The position numbers and the translations under genes are program-made. Under the pieces are notes generated by a model. It searched no databases, was not told the DNA's origin, and saw only the letters and a list, made by a program, of their open reading frames with translations. This document shows, one piece after another, positions 24,695 through 38,035 of a DNA stretch of 60,000 bases. The DNA comes from Camelus ferus (taxonomy: Eukaryota): the NCBI RefSeq assembly GCF_009834535.1, contig NC_045696.1, positions 89,468,001 to 89,528,000 of the forward strand. Reading direction: 5' to 3'. Every line of letters starts with the position of its first letter. Position 1 is the stretch's first letter.

Positions 24695-25555
24695 TGAAGA
24701 TGGCCAACAGACACATGAAAAGATGCTCAGCATCACTTAGCATCCAGGAAATATAAATCAAAACCACAATGAGCTATCAGTTCACACTTTATCCAAATGG
24801 CTATCACCAAAAAGACAATGGACAACAAGTGTTGGAGAGGATGTGGAGGAAAGGAAATCCTTGGGCACTGTTGGTGGGGATGTAAACTGGTGCAACCATG
24901 ATGGAAAACAGTCTGGAGGTTCCTCAAAAAAAAAAAAATTAGCCATTCAACTTCTGGGCATTATTCCCAAGAAAACAAAAACAATAATTCAAAAAGATTT
25001 ATGCACCCTATGTTCATTGCAGCATTATTTACAGTAACCAAGATATGAAAGCAACACAAGTGTTCATCTGTAGACTGATGGATAAAGAAGATGTGGCATA
25101 TATATATATATATATGCCACATTATATATATATTTATAATATAAATATATATATATTTCTCAGTCATAAAAAAGAAGGCAATCTTTTCATTTGTGACAAC
25201 ATGGATAGACCTAGAGGGTATTATGTTAAGTGAAATAGGTCAGACAAAGACAAATACTGTATGATTTCACTTATATGTGGAATCTAAAAAACAAAACAAA
25301 TGGACAAACATAACAAAACAGAAACAGACTCATAGACACAGAGAACAAACAGGTGGTTGACAGGGGGAGGGGGTGGGAGGGTGAAAAGAAAAAAGGTAAC
25401 TATGTGAAATAATGAATGCTAATTAGCTTGACTGTGGTCACCACTTCACAATGTATATTTATATGAAACCATCACATTGTACATTTTAAATATATACGAA
25501 TTTTGTCAATTATCACTCAATAAAGCTGAAAAAAGATTAAAATAAATAAAAATTT
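24695..25555 (+). mobile_element. L1 (L1MA-type) ORF2 end and 3' UTR
   Basis: gccaacagacacatgaaaagatgctcagcatcact...tatgttcattgcagcattatttacagtaacc...caataaagctgaaaaaa. Confidence 0.9.
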
Positions 25556-25679
25556 AAAATAGCAACAGAATGAGGGTGGCTTTTTTATTGGACAGTAAAT
25601 ATAGTGGTAAAAAGTCACATCTGCAGGTCCTCTGAGCATATGATTTCCCAAGTGACTTACTGGGATCAGGGACTGACCT

Positions 25680-26095
25680 GGGAAGGGCATAGAGAGCTTT
25701 CTGGCACAAACTATATGACGTGGTAAGAGTTTGGATTACACAGAGTATACACTGGTCAAAACTCACTGAATAACACTTTTAGGATTTGTGCATTCCATTG
25801 TATATAAAATTTACCTCAAAAGAATAAAAAAGATCTGGTTAACAAATTATGGACTCTAGTTAATGATATGCGGTTGAAATATCTAGGCAGAGGCTTAGTG
25901 ATGTCTGCAACTTACTTTGAAACGCATCAAACAAATGAGGTGAACTGATGAATGGATGAGGGGATGGTGTGATGAAAAGCTGTGAGAAAGCAAGTTTAGT
26001 AGAACAGTAGCTGTAGAATCTGGATGGTGCCTAAATGCATATTCACCTAAAAAGCTTTCAGTTTGAAAAAGTTTGTAATGAAATGTTGGGGTTAA
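25680..26095 (+). mobile_element. Old L1MC/MD-type 3' end
   Basis: gtcaaaactcactgaa...gatgtctgcaacttactttgaaa...gtagaatctggatggtg motifs. Confidence 0.7.
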
Positions 26096-26779
26096 AAATG
26101 AAGTTAATGGGGGGGGGGGGAATGAGCAAGGAAGTCAGGGTCTTAAGCAGTAACTTTTAAGCTTTTCCTTAGGAATTTGTGGAAAGTAGACAGACATTTT
26201 ATAAGCTTTACATTGTGCTTCTTTACCGGACAGTGGATGGAAGGGACTTGTGAGGGAAATTAATCCTGTGCACATCAAGGGGAACTGGGTCTTTGAATGA
26301 CTGGCCCAGAGAGCATCACAGTCAGTACCACCAATGACAGCAAACCTTAGGAAATGGCTTTACAGTTTACAAAGTACTTTCCCCGACGTCTCCCTTGACT
26401 CTTACAACCTTGTAGTTGAAACAAGTTCCAGTTAGTTGCCATGTGTAGAAGTGTCTCTGCTCCCATGGAGTTTGGTAAGGGAAATAAGGCATAAAATGAC
26501 TGTACACAATGATGAACGAGTGAAGTACCACCAAAGAGATTTTGTTGTTTGCTCACTAGGAATTCAGGAGAGCACGAGAACTCTTAGCCAGGAGACTGCG
26601 ATAATCTTGTTCATTTGGTTGTTGACTTTTGGAAGGTCTGTCTTTTCTATTTCTAGATTAATGTAAATTTCCTTAGAACTTGGATCTTGGTTGGTTTATT
26701 CAGGGCTATTATCCTCAACATTTGAAATAATACCTGGCATATAACAGGCTCTCAATATTTTTGCATGAATGAATAAATG

Positions 26780-26930
26780 ATTTTGACCTGCAGAAAGTTA
26801 TCTCATTGCTCTCGCCTCAGTTTCCTCATCTTTAAACTAAGGATGTTAATTCTGGGTTTATGGGGTTGATGACAGGATAAAATGAGAAAAACATGTAAAA
26901 CAGCTCCTAGGGGCACAGACAAGAAACATA
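26780..26930 (+). mobile_element. MIR SINE, preceded by an L2 3' end at about 26700-26780
   Basis: gcctcagtttcctcatctttaaa core; upstream cctggcatataacaggctctcaata...gaatgaat. Confidence 0.7.
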
Positions 26931-26989
26931 AATGGATTTTTTTGCCCTATTTTATTGAAAGGCAATAACAACAGTCCAAGGAATAAAGA

Positions 26990-28700
26990 GAGGACTGAAG
27001 GATGGTGGTGACAGTGGGGATGGGAAGTTAAAGACAGAAGGATGCAGCCCATGAGACTGTGAGAAATGAACTGACGGCAGGCATCGAAGCGAGCAACCTG
27101 AGGGAGCGGACAGGACAAGGATTCATGGGGTTTCGAGACCACTGTTGGAGTAAGCTTGGTGCTGTGAAAAGAAACAGGGACGTTAGAAGGAGAAGCTAAT
27201 TCTGAGGGGTTGGCTTGCAGTAAGGAGGGCTTTCGTTCTTCATCATAAAGTTTTAAGTTGAAGGTGCGGGAGGCAACTGGAGCTCAAAATGAGAAGTCAG
27301 GCTGACAGATAGAATGTGGGGGTCTTTTGCAGGGAGAGGACAGTTGAAGCTGCAGAAGTGGACTGGAGGAAGGGACAGAGTGTAGAGAAAGAATGAATGA
27401 GAAAGCAAAGACATCACCGTGGTGGGTGCAATAACACCCACCCCCTACGCCCCCAATGATGTGGTGGGCGCATCAGCCCCCTGGAAGGGAGGGGGATGGA
27501 GCTTGCTAATCAGCGGACCCTGAGAGGAGGACATTATTCTGGCTTAACCAGGTGGGCCCAAAGTTAGCACAGGTAAGAAGAGGAGGCAGCAGAGGAAGAA
27601 CCAGAGATGACAGTGTGAGAAAGACTCAGCCCGAGGTTGCTGGCTTTGACAACAGAGGAGGGATCACAAGCCCAAGCATGTGGGAGGCCCCAGAAGATGG
27701 AAGAGGCAAGGAAGTAGATTTCCAAGAGCCCCCAGAAGGATTACAGCCCTGCCGACACCTTGATTTTAGTCCACTGAGATTCATTAGGGACTTCCGACCT
27801 CCAGAGCTGTGAGATAATATATTTGTATTGATTTAAGTCACTGGGTTGGGGTAATCTTTTATAGCAGCAATAGAAAACTAATCCAGTCCCCTCATGTGAA
27901 AGCCAGCATTTGGAGGGCAAGAGGAAGCAAAGGGGGTGTGGGCACAAGGTGAGAGGAGAACAAAAACCAACACAGCGAAGGGTCAAGGGGAGAGAGCGGA
28001 GGCTGACAGACCTCGATGGCTTTGAACACTGCAGGGAAGCAGGAAAGACCAACAGGTAGAAGGGGAAACACAGCCAGAAGTCATTAGTGTTGACGATTCT
28101 GAGGTCATCAGTTTCCCTCAAAATAATTTCAGGACTAATGTGTTAGGGGTGGAAGCCAGGTTATAAGTGGTTAGGAAGCTGGGGGACTGAGTAGAGAGCA
28201 GTTTGAAACGAAGGTTGTGATAAATTAGAGCATTAGGGTGGTAGTGTGAGTGTATAATAGAATCAGAGAGGTGGTTGCTGTGGCTGATCTTTAAGACAGA
28301 GGAGATCCAAACATCTATGTGGGCGTCAGGGAAAGAGCCAGCGAGGAAGGAACTGATGACGGTAGGTGGAAAATAACTAAAAGAGCCAGGTCCTAGAATA
28401 GTTAGATCAGGATCATGAGAGAGGGCTCCATCCAGCCTTGGAACTGAAGATACGGAGGGTGAGACTGCAAAGAGATGCTGAGCAAAGAGGAGGTCACAGT
28501 GGAGATGGGGAAAGGTGCAGGAGCACAGATGGCTGATTGGGTCCTTGAAGGAGCAGAGGTGGTGAAGATGGCAAGGGTGGGGAGGCGGGCTAAAATGGCA
28601 TCAGAGAGGCAGAATGGTGTGGGGGAAGCTATTCCAAGAGATTTTGTAGGGGATGTTGCTGCATTACTTGAGAACGTTCAATTCATCCTATAGAAGAACA
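26990..28700 (-). mobile_element. Degenerate L2 body split by an MLT1 LTR
   Basis: Purine-rich L2-like sequence on both sides of the LTR. Confidence 0.5.
27418..27885 (+). mobile_element. MLT1 (MLT1D-like) ERVL-MaLR solo LTR
   Basis: cagccctgccgacaccttgattttagtcc...gacttccgacctccagagctgtgagataa...tatagcagcaatagaaaactaatcca. Confidence 0.85.
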
Positions 28701-29286
28701 AGAAAAACAAATGGGACAGATGAAACTTACAAGACGTGTTACATACAGGAGCTTGTCAGACGCAGGTGAAATGCGCAAGATGTGTTAGATTTAGATGATG
28801 AGGCAGAATTCTTGAGGTGGGATTCCAGTATGGAAAAGTAAGTTAGTAACCCGGATGTGTGGGACCTAGGTCAAGCATGTGTGCGCTGAGCAAAGAAAGA
28901 GATGGAAAGACTAAAGAAGCATCTAATATTCATGACACATCTAAATAATCCTGAGGCACTCAACAGTCATTAGATTGTACATTGACTGTTCTTTGGTGAC
29001 ACCCATTCTGGCCCCATGTGTCCTCTGGCCAAAAAATACAATTTCATAGCTGCTCATCAGGTGAGGGGGCAGGCTACAGAGGAAGCCTGAGGGCCTTGCC
29101 CCCGCGTCTCTGGTAAAGCAAGTTGTGTGTCATTGGCAGACACCTTCTGTCCAGTTGGGCCTCCTTTCTAAAGCCTCAACTCTGGTTTGCAACCATACCA
29201 TCAACCGGGAAGATGGCTGTGGCAGAAAGGCTGGGCGTGTAAATACTGCACAACCTAAGACTCAGGTGGTGCTGTCTTTACATCCC

Positions 29287-30107
29287 TGTACCACGTCCTA
29301 AAAGTATGATTCTGTGACCAATTCCAATTCGTGGCGGGGGTGGGGTGCGGTGGCATTTTTCTCCATAACCAGCAATTCTTGGATACCAGCTGGGTGTCCT
29401 ACAATTCAACTCAGTTCTGACATCATCTACCTGGAGATAAGTGTCAGATCTCACAGGTTAAGGGCTCAGTCCCACAAGATCGCTCCCCACTTCTGATGCC
29501 GATCAGAAGTCCAGGTTGTTACCTGTGCTTCTGACCAGCAGGCGATAGATGGGAGGTTCCAACCAACTCCTCTATGGTTTCAATTAATTTGCTAGAGTGG
29601 CTCACAGAACTCAGAGACACATTTTACTTACTAGATTATTGGTTTATTAGAAAAGTATGTGACTCCGGAACATCGGGAGAGATGCACAGGGCAGGGTGTG
29701 GGGAAAGGGCGCAGAGCTTCCGTGCGCTCTTCCCCTGCACCTCACCCTCCCCAGACCTCCTCGTGCTCACCAACCTGGAAGCTCTTCAAACCCTGTCCTT
29801 TTTGGATTTTTCTGAAGGCTTCATTTCACAGGCACGATTGATTAAATCACAGGCCATTGGTGACTGATTCAACCTCTAGCCCCGTCTCTTAAGTCAGGGA
29901 GATGGGACTGAAAGTTCCAACTTTCTAATCCCCCGGTTGGCTCTCCAGGTAACCAGTCCCCATCCAGAGGTGATGAGGTTCAAATGTCACTTTAATAACG
30001 TAACAAGAGATGCCTTTATCACTCTCACCACTTAGGAATTCCAAGGGTTTTAGAATTTAGGAGCTCTGTGCCAGAAACAGGAACGAAGACCAAACCACAG
30101 TATCACA
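29287..30107 (-). mobile_element. MER21-like ERVL solo LTR
   Basis: ggttaagggctcagtcccacaaga and gagctctgtgccagaaacagg...tatcaca motifs; the minus strand starts TGTGATA. Confidence 0.8.
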
Positions 30108-32247
30108 CTAAGCATGTCAGCTCATCCCATCTCTTTCCTGTGCATCTTGATATGCGTTTTAAACTTCCTTGATGAACTGTGATTTGCGCATCTTAATTTG
30201 GTCTGAGACTTCTTGGAGGAGTGCCTGTGGTGGATTCGGAGGCCACTATTGCCTCAAGGTCATTCCCACCGAAAAGGATGCTTGGTATCGGCATATTCCC
30301 ACAACTTGTCCCCTCACACTCTGAGCCCCAGAAATGAAGAAAGAGGAGAAAAATAGGCTGTGATTTTTTATCCTTATAATTATGAGAAACTTACCCGAGA
30401 GTCTTACAAATTAAGTACGTCAACTAATTCACTCAGTTTTGACAATTTTGACATTGGTCACACCTGTGTTTATCAGTTCCGTTACTCAAAGATAGTTTCC
30501 CGAGCAAATTGTTAGTGGGAATCAATGATTGTCATTTTTTCTTTTCTTCAAGTATTAGATGTTTTTCAAATGAAAACTAATATACAAGAGAATCAAAAGT
30601 GTTTTAAATCAAAATAAAACGATTTTTAGTTCAAACTGATACTATTTACTTACTAAATCCCTCACTGGGAACATGAGGCTGGTTTGTCATACACAAACAG
30701 TTGAAAACAGAATTTATAGAAGTCAGTTACAGTCTTCTTCTAACTGTATTTTTACATTTATTTCTTTATTTTGTTTGTGCCACACCAAGAGAATCCTGTT
30801 TCACACAGATAAGTGGTTCAATGTGGTAAGAGTCCTTTATAATAGCTTATGCTGCAATCTCTGGAAATTCTTCATTAAACAAATCCAGAAGCTTGAAAGC
30901 AAAGTAGTAAGAAATTTTTTTCAAAATTGATTTACTAACAACATACAGCAACTGCTCATATTTCTTATTATAAACAAGACAAGAAAAGACAAGAGTCCCC
31001 AGACTGACAATAGGTCACCAGTCTGGAACCAGACCTCCTCCTCAGTTGCTGCATTGGGCATTTGCTTGTGATTGCACAGTCCACCCAGCAGGCTTGTTGA
31101 CAGAATGTGCCAAACACATGTGCCTGACCCTGACCTGCCACTAAACCCAGTGGGGCCTCTTGCACGGCCCAGGTCATTTTTCCCGTCCGGACATGCACAG
31201 GCACGAATTTTCAGCAAGACCAGTGCAGAGCCACCACCGTCATGGTCAATGACACATTTATAAGTTCAATTTTGAGGACTGTAAAAGACTACTTAACCTG
31301 GCAGGATAAATTAATGTGCTGATGTCAGAAAAGGGGATGAAGAGAAATCCTTTGCAGATATGAGGGAATGGATGCCTACAATTTGGGCTGAAATGTTGTT
31401 ATATTCTTCTCACCTTGGCTTTACAGGACAACCCTTCTCCAAAAGCCCAGAGCCTCACGATCTCATTTGTATCTGCTCTGAATTCTTTTCACATCTTAGA
31501 ACTCTTTAATTTCCAATTTGATTTTTTGGGGGTTGAGGTGTTTAGCAGTTCATATAATAGGTGCAAATGAGCCTCTAAAAATACGTCCTGCAGCCCTGGG
31601 TTTCTACAGACGCAGTCAGAAACCTGATGCATCAGGCAGTGCGAGAGCCGCTGCCTGCCTCTCTCTCGAGAATAATGAGATGGTGTGTATTTCAACAGAA
31701 TCTGCCAAAGTGCTTGTTTATTGGACACAGTCCTAGTCCTCTCCCCATAGTACTTTCTGGCCAACTCTGACTGAAATTCACACGCTGCAGAAAAATAGTA
31801 ACTGACTCATAGATAAATTTGGGTGAAGTCTACATGGTTTCATCCCAAATTGTGCCAATGTTTAAGGACGATTTCTTTTAGTCTCCATTTAGTCTCTGAC
31901 TTTGGAGTCAGAGAGAACAGTGGCAGAAAATGTAAAAGGTTATGTAAACCTGCCAGGGCTAACACAAGACTTTCCAAAGAAAAATAAGTTAGTCTGTCTA
32001 GCACAAAGTGTGTGTGTGTGGTGTACGCATGTGAGTGTGTGTGTGTATGAAGGGAAGGGAAGACAGGAGCACACCTCCCCTTCACCCTCGCCGACAGCCT
32101 TCCCTACAAGTGCATTTAGCTAAAGCAATAAATACATGGAATCCCTCCCCGACCACAAGAAAGGCTGTTCATTTCTCCCAGGTGGTGGTTGATTTAAAAC
32201 AGATTTAGATAATAGAGAAGGGAACTGACCCTCATCTTGAAGAAAGG

Positions 32248-32263
32248 TGACCTCTAGTGGACA
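32248..32263 (-). promoter_or_regulatory. Candidate CTCF site
   Basis: Minus strand TGTCCACTAGAGGTCA closely fits the CTCF core CCASYAGRKGGC. Confidence 0.45.
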
Positions 32264-32479
32264 ACTGTGTTTTGCAATCTGTTCAAACTATAAACAGGAT
32301 TAGGAAACAAAAATAACGCGAAAAGTATGCTCCACTGTCTTACCGATATTTCAATATTTTAATGCCAATTATAAATTTAAATACACAAGTCTTCAGTCAC
32401 ATTAATAGAAAAGTAGAAAGATCACACTAATGTTAATATATTCAAAGTTACAATTTAGGCCATCCTTGAAGGTTCTAGA

Positions 32480-32610
32480 ATGCATGGAGTCTTGGACCAG
32501 GAGTCAGAGACCTGAGTTCTGGGTTCAACTCTGCCTCTGACTAGGTGTATTCTCTTGGGCAACTTCATATATAAAAGCCTCTATTTCCTAATCTATAAAA
32601 TGGGTTGATT
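32480..32610 (+). mobile_element. MIR SINE
   Basis: ggagtcagagacctgagttct...cttgggcaa...atctataaaatggg. Confidence 0.7.
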
Positions 32611-34339
32611 CCCAAACTGTCATCTCCTTGTGCCCCACCCCCCTTTCAGGCTGTCAGATGGTTTGTTGTCTTTTAAAATCAAGTTTATTTCATATGATGA
32701 GGCTTCCAAATCAGCAACAACAACAAACAAAACAAAACAAAATTAATATCACATTATATACCAGCACTGGTTGAGTCCACAAAAAGCTATTTGATTTCAT
32801 CTAAGGTCTTCTTAATATAAATGTAATGAAAAGCAATGACCTTAAACTTTTCTTTTTACATTGATTGTGGGAAAAAGTATTTCAAACACTAAACACACTA
32901 GATCATTAGTTTATTATGAAATTTTAGTTTATTATGAAAGTTAGAGATACTACTTTCAAAAAATTTATTTCCTTGAATAAGGCAAAAATAATGATGAAAA
33001 GAAGGGAAACAAAATAAGTTATGAGTATATATCTCTTCTGAAAACTCCCTGCTATTTTCTTGCTTCATCACTGAACACAGGACAGAGGCACAATAATTTA
33101 CAATTAAACTCAACATAATCTTTAAGGGACTATTAAAATTCTTCTGTGGTCTTTAAATCTTTTTCTTTCCCCTCAGTATAAGAGTAGTGTTGAAATGCTA
33201 CTAGTTATAACAGAATTTAGTACTGAAGAGCTTTCTCAGGTAAATTCTCTAACCAGCTTGTCCAGGGCCAGTTAAGCAGCAATCCAGAATGGTTTTACAA
33301 TCTTTCTCATTCTCACATCCCAAAAGAGGTGTCTCAATGATTTTAGTTGCTAAAAGGTAGGAGATAAAAAACACTGGTCTAAGAAGTGTTTTGAATTGCA
33401 ATAAAAATGCCAGAACATCATTGAATGATTTCATTAACTTGCTTTATCTTAAAGCTATTGAATTAAGACAGTTTCTCATGTTTTAGAAAGAAATTCTTTC
33501 AGAATATAAATGTAGTGGTTCGGAAATTGTGCTGCTCTGAACAGTGGGCAAGCAGTGAACTTGAAATCAGTCATGGGTTATTCATTAGCAATAAAGTTAA
33601 TCTGCACATTAATTCCAACTTATCTGAAACTCCCAAATTTAAACTAGTTTTCCTTTGTGAATAGCACAGAGCCTCTTTCAGACACATAAGGTGGGCCAGC
33701 AAGACGTCCACTTATTGGAAGTGCTTGGGGTTTTGCATTATTTACTAAGAAAACCAAGACTGAAATTAGCAGTTCTTCCGTGGTCCGATGCCTCGTGGAA
33801 TATCTGTCTACCTTGCTCCGACACCCCTCTCCGCTTATCTGAGGTGACGCTAAGGGACAGTAGACTTGACTTGCTTTCATTATTGACAAAAGGGGAAAAA
33901 GAGAAAATAAACTCGATCCATTTTGCCCAAACACCAATGCTTCCTCTCCCCGCTCGTTGCCTCTGACTCCCAGCGTAACTTGAGGGTAGCCCACTGCAAA
34001 ACTCACATCTGCTTTGCAGACGGCAGTGGAAACTTACACTGATGGTTTAAGCTACTTGTGTTTTGGTTTGAGGTTTTTAGAATCAAATTCGTTCTCCAAA
34101 GAAGTGATTTCTTCAGCAGAGCTGTCACTACACCTGAGGCGATCAGACCTTTGACCCAGTTTGAGAGGGCATACATTTATAGAATGTCACTTTAAAAGAA
34201 ATGCAGCCTCGGTCACTCACCCAGTGACCCCTGATCTGACAGTTTTGATAGCTGCATGCTTTCTTGATTTAGTTCCCAAACTGTCAAGACAAAATTAAGC
34301 GCTTGCAGCCTTTTCCCTTTGTGAATGAAAAACACTTCT

Positions 34340-34822
34340 AAAACCATAAATCAGGTTATGTCACATCTTGGCTTAAAACTCAGTGGTTTCCCACAACATT
34401 GAGGCTGAATGTTGCTCGCTTCAGGCCCTGCTCTACCTTCTAGGCTTCCTCTGTGCCTCTCACATTCTTGTTCACTTAGCTCTGGGCACACGGGATGCCT
34501 TTGTTTTCTAGAAAAGCCAAGATTGCTCTTGGCAGAGGGCCTTCTGAGGAGCTGTTTCTCAACCTGGATGCCCCTTCCACCGGGCCTTTCCTTAGCCCCG
34601 AGGCTAAATCAGGTCCTGTCTCACAGTCCCTTAGCACACTGTGATTTCCTTCTCAGCACTTACCACACTTTCTAACTACCTGTTCCTTTGTGGGATGTAG
34701 AAGGTTGATTCACTCCACTAGGCGCTAAGCTTTCTCTATCTTGTCTACCATTGTCCCTCCAGCATCTAGCCCAGGGTCAGGCACATAGTAGGTGTTCAGC
34801 AAATATGTGAGTGAATGAATGA
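34340..34822 (+). mobile_element. L2 LINE 3' fragment
   Basis: Ends ggcacatagtaggtgttcagcaaatatgtgagtgaatgaatga. Confidence 0.8.
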
Positions 34823-36423
34823 AGGGAATCCTTGACGTTCTCTCATGGCAGGTCTTGGGACCCAGGGCAGGACAGGGCCTGCAACCAGCTGCTATTAGTT
34901 CAACTCATCAACCACGGCAAAGCCAGTCAGGCAGCCACTTCCTCATCCCAAGACCGTGGGGGAAGCCTCACCTGGCCAGCTCAGGGGCTGACGGCCAGCT
35001 TGTGAGCTAAGCCGGGTGAGGCCACCTGGCTGCACTTCCCTCCTCACTGTGAACTGTGGCTTTGGCAGGCTCAGAAGGGCCCTTCACCTGGCAGATCTGC
35101 CTCAGGGACAGCACTGACTGTGCCAGCTGGACCTGAGGGCAAAAATAATCATTTGCAGCTCTCCATGCAAGCTTAACACATATCAAAGTGCATCCACTAG
35201 ACTAGCGCCCCCAGTTGAATTCAAGATTAGACTTATGCATCCAAACAAAAAAAGGGGGGGCTATTGATAAGTGTACAAAGTCAGAATTCTTATAATTAAG
35301 GAGTGATAAAGTGTCCCAACTAGTTTTGTAATCAAAAGAACTGAATGCAAAATAACCAGTAGGAAGGTGAACTGGGTTTGTGAAACACTGATATTTTAAA
35401 ATTTGCCTGCCTACCATGGAGGTCTAGGCTGGAGAGAAAAAAAAAAAACGCCCAAGAAAGAAAACTTAGCACATTTGCTTTCTTAGAGGAAAACAAACAA
35501 AAATGACAGCTTAAAAACAAGCAATAACCTACAATTAAGACTGTGGTTTTCCAAATGCTGGATGTGATCTGAGTCTCTCTAATCCAAAAGCTCTCTCTGT
35601 AGAAAATCCTTACTATTCCATGTTACAGCACTGTCACTGACAGTAAAGGAACAACTGAAGTTTCAGGACTCCGGGTACTTGCTTGCCTTGCCTTGGTGAT
35701 AAATTATTGGTGAGTCTGGGTCAAAGGCTGCAGAGAGGACAGGTCTGGTACTGCTGAGCTGAGAAAACCTGAGCAGGCTCTCCCTTCAGCAGTCACTGTA
35801 ATCCGGGGTGGATGCCTGGATCCGTGTGACTCTGCGTTTCCTAAGCAGTGAGAGAACGAGGCAGGTATGCCGTCTAAGGAATGACGGCACGCAAACCCAC
35901 CCTGCCCGCCCCTGTGGTCTCTTTCCTTACCCCACGGCTACTGCTCTAGGATGAGGTAGGATGCACACACTACAGGAAGTGTGGATCGCCTGTAAAAAAC
36001 AAGAGAGTTCCTACAAGCAGGTAAGAGATGTTCCCAGGGAAGGACTCTGTTTGGCATGATAATAATTCAGTCACGCTTCACTTGGAGTGAAGAATAACTT
36101 TCAGCTTTTCAATGTATTAACACAGGGTAGTGACAATAAATGAAGAATCTTTCTGAAAGTGATGCTGGTTCTTTTAAAATTTTTTTGATGCTAGTTCTTA
36201 ATGTTGAAAAAAATACATGATTAAACATTGGGAATTCATAAGGTTTCAGATGCACTCAATGTTTTCTTATTTACAAATGACATGGTTAAGGTGTTTTCAT
36301 TATTTTCAAATTACCCTTCATTACTGGAATGATGACACAGGGACGGGATGAGAAATCCAATGACCCGACTCCTGCATGGTCATTTTCACCTGGGCTTTGT
36401 TCCTGTAGAGGTTGGAATAAGCA

Positions 36424-36598
36424 CAGGGCCAGTTACATATTCCACTGGGTCCCGAGAAAACTGAAAATGGGGACTCTTTGTTCAAAAATTAAGAATTTCA
36501 GGGTGGCAACAGCAGAGCACGAAGCTAAGAGCTGCACCCTTTGAAGCCCAGGGCCCTGTGCTAAGGTCAGAGGCCACATGCCCATGACATCTGTCTGG
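36424..36598 (-). mobile_element. MER45A-like hAT-Tip100 element
   Basis: cagggccagttacata...ttgttcaaaaattaagaatttcagggtggcaacagcagagca...gggccctgtgc...gcccatga. Confidence 0.75.
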
Positions 36599-37689
36599 GG
36601 TGGCAGGCGGGGGAGAAGAGGAGACAAGACATACAGTCGTTTCGTCTGAGAATGGAGCAGGTTCTCAGATGCACAGAAAAAAGCATTTTCAATTTTGGCA
36701 CGCAAATATCAATGGAAAGACACAACCTCCCTCAGTAGGAGAGGAAATGAAATTGAAGAGGCTGCTGAAGGGGAGAGGAAGAAAGTGACCTTTACAAGCA
36801 CGCACCACATGCCGGCTGCTGGGCCCCGAGCTGGCACTGACACTGGCCCTATTCTGTCTTGCTGCAGCGTAGGATTAACTCCACACTACAGATGCAGAAG
36901 CTAACTGGGGTCAGTGATGGGTTTAAGCTTAGTTGCCTCAAATTTAGAAAGAGCAGGTTAAGAGATGCAGACACTACAGGACACCTGGGGGTATTCTGTG
37001 ACCCTGCAGGAGACTTCTCTCCTGACCCACATCCTCCACTGAGGACCACTCCTCCCCCCTGCTGTCAGCCCACAGGCCCCAGGGGTCTGTGTGCTCTGGG
37101 CAAGCACTCTCCCCACGCCCCTGGCTCAACACTAGCAGCGTCCCCCTCACCGTCTGCCTTGGAGCGAGACCATCAGCCCGACGGCAAGGTCTTTCACTCC
37201 TAGTGATGCTCCCTCAACTCCTGGGTCATCCCTCACCCACCCAGGGTCCTTCCTATAAGGCTCTGTAAGCCCCTCTCCCAGCCCTTCCAGGGAGCCCCCT
37301 TCACTGTCTTGCTGTAACAGTGCCCGGAGGCACTGCCTCACCTGCAGCTCTCTCAAGTGGTGGCTGTTCTCCTTCCCTCCTCCCTCTTGCCAAAGGGCCT
37401 GTGATGGGAGGAGTCTTGCTGCTCCTCTCCTGCTGCCAGACCCCGGCTGCTCTTCCCAGACCCTGCTCGGACCCTCTTGCCATCAGACCCCTGAGTCACC
37501 CTGAGTTCGCCCTCCAGGCTGCAGTCTCTGATTCCTCCTCAGGTTTTACTCTGCCTCTTGCCCTCTCTGATGTGAGTCCTGTTGTAATCCCTAGGAATTA
37601 GTGACTTTCTTCTACAATAGAAAACGAACAAACAAACAAAAAGTAGAAACAAACACCAACCACTTCAGAGTAGGCCAAAAAAGACACAC

Positions 37690-38035
37690 TGGCTTTCTCT
37701 CTTGCCTCTGCACTCACTTGCCCTGGGGGAAGTCAGCTGAAGACGCTCAGGCAGCCGATGGAGAGGGTCACGTGGCGAGGAACCGAGGTCTCCGGCCTCC
37801 AGCCACGCGAGTGCGCCACTTGGCAGAGGACTCCCCAGCCCCGGTCAAGCCCCTGGGTGACTACTGCCCCTGTGGACGTTCCGACTGAGCCTCACAAGAG
37901 ATCCCGAGGCAGAGCCACCCAGCCAGGCAGCTCCCGGGCTTCGGACCACCAGAGGACTGTGAGATAACGAACGTCTTTTCCTTTAAGCTGTTACATTTGC
38001 AGTAAGCTGCTACAAAGCAATAGATAACAAAGACA
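37690..38035 (+). mobile_element. MLT1 (MLT1F-like) LTR fragment, CpG-rich
   Basis: ccagccccggtcaagcc...gccacccagcc...actgtgagataa...aagcaatagataac MLT1 motifs. Confidence 0.75.
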
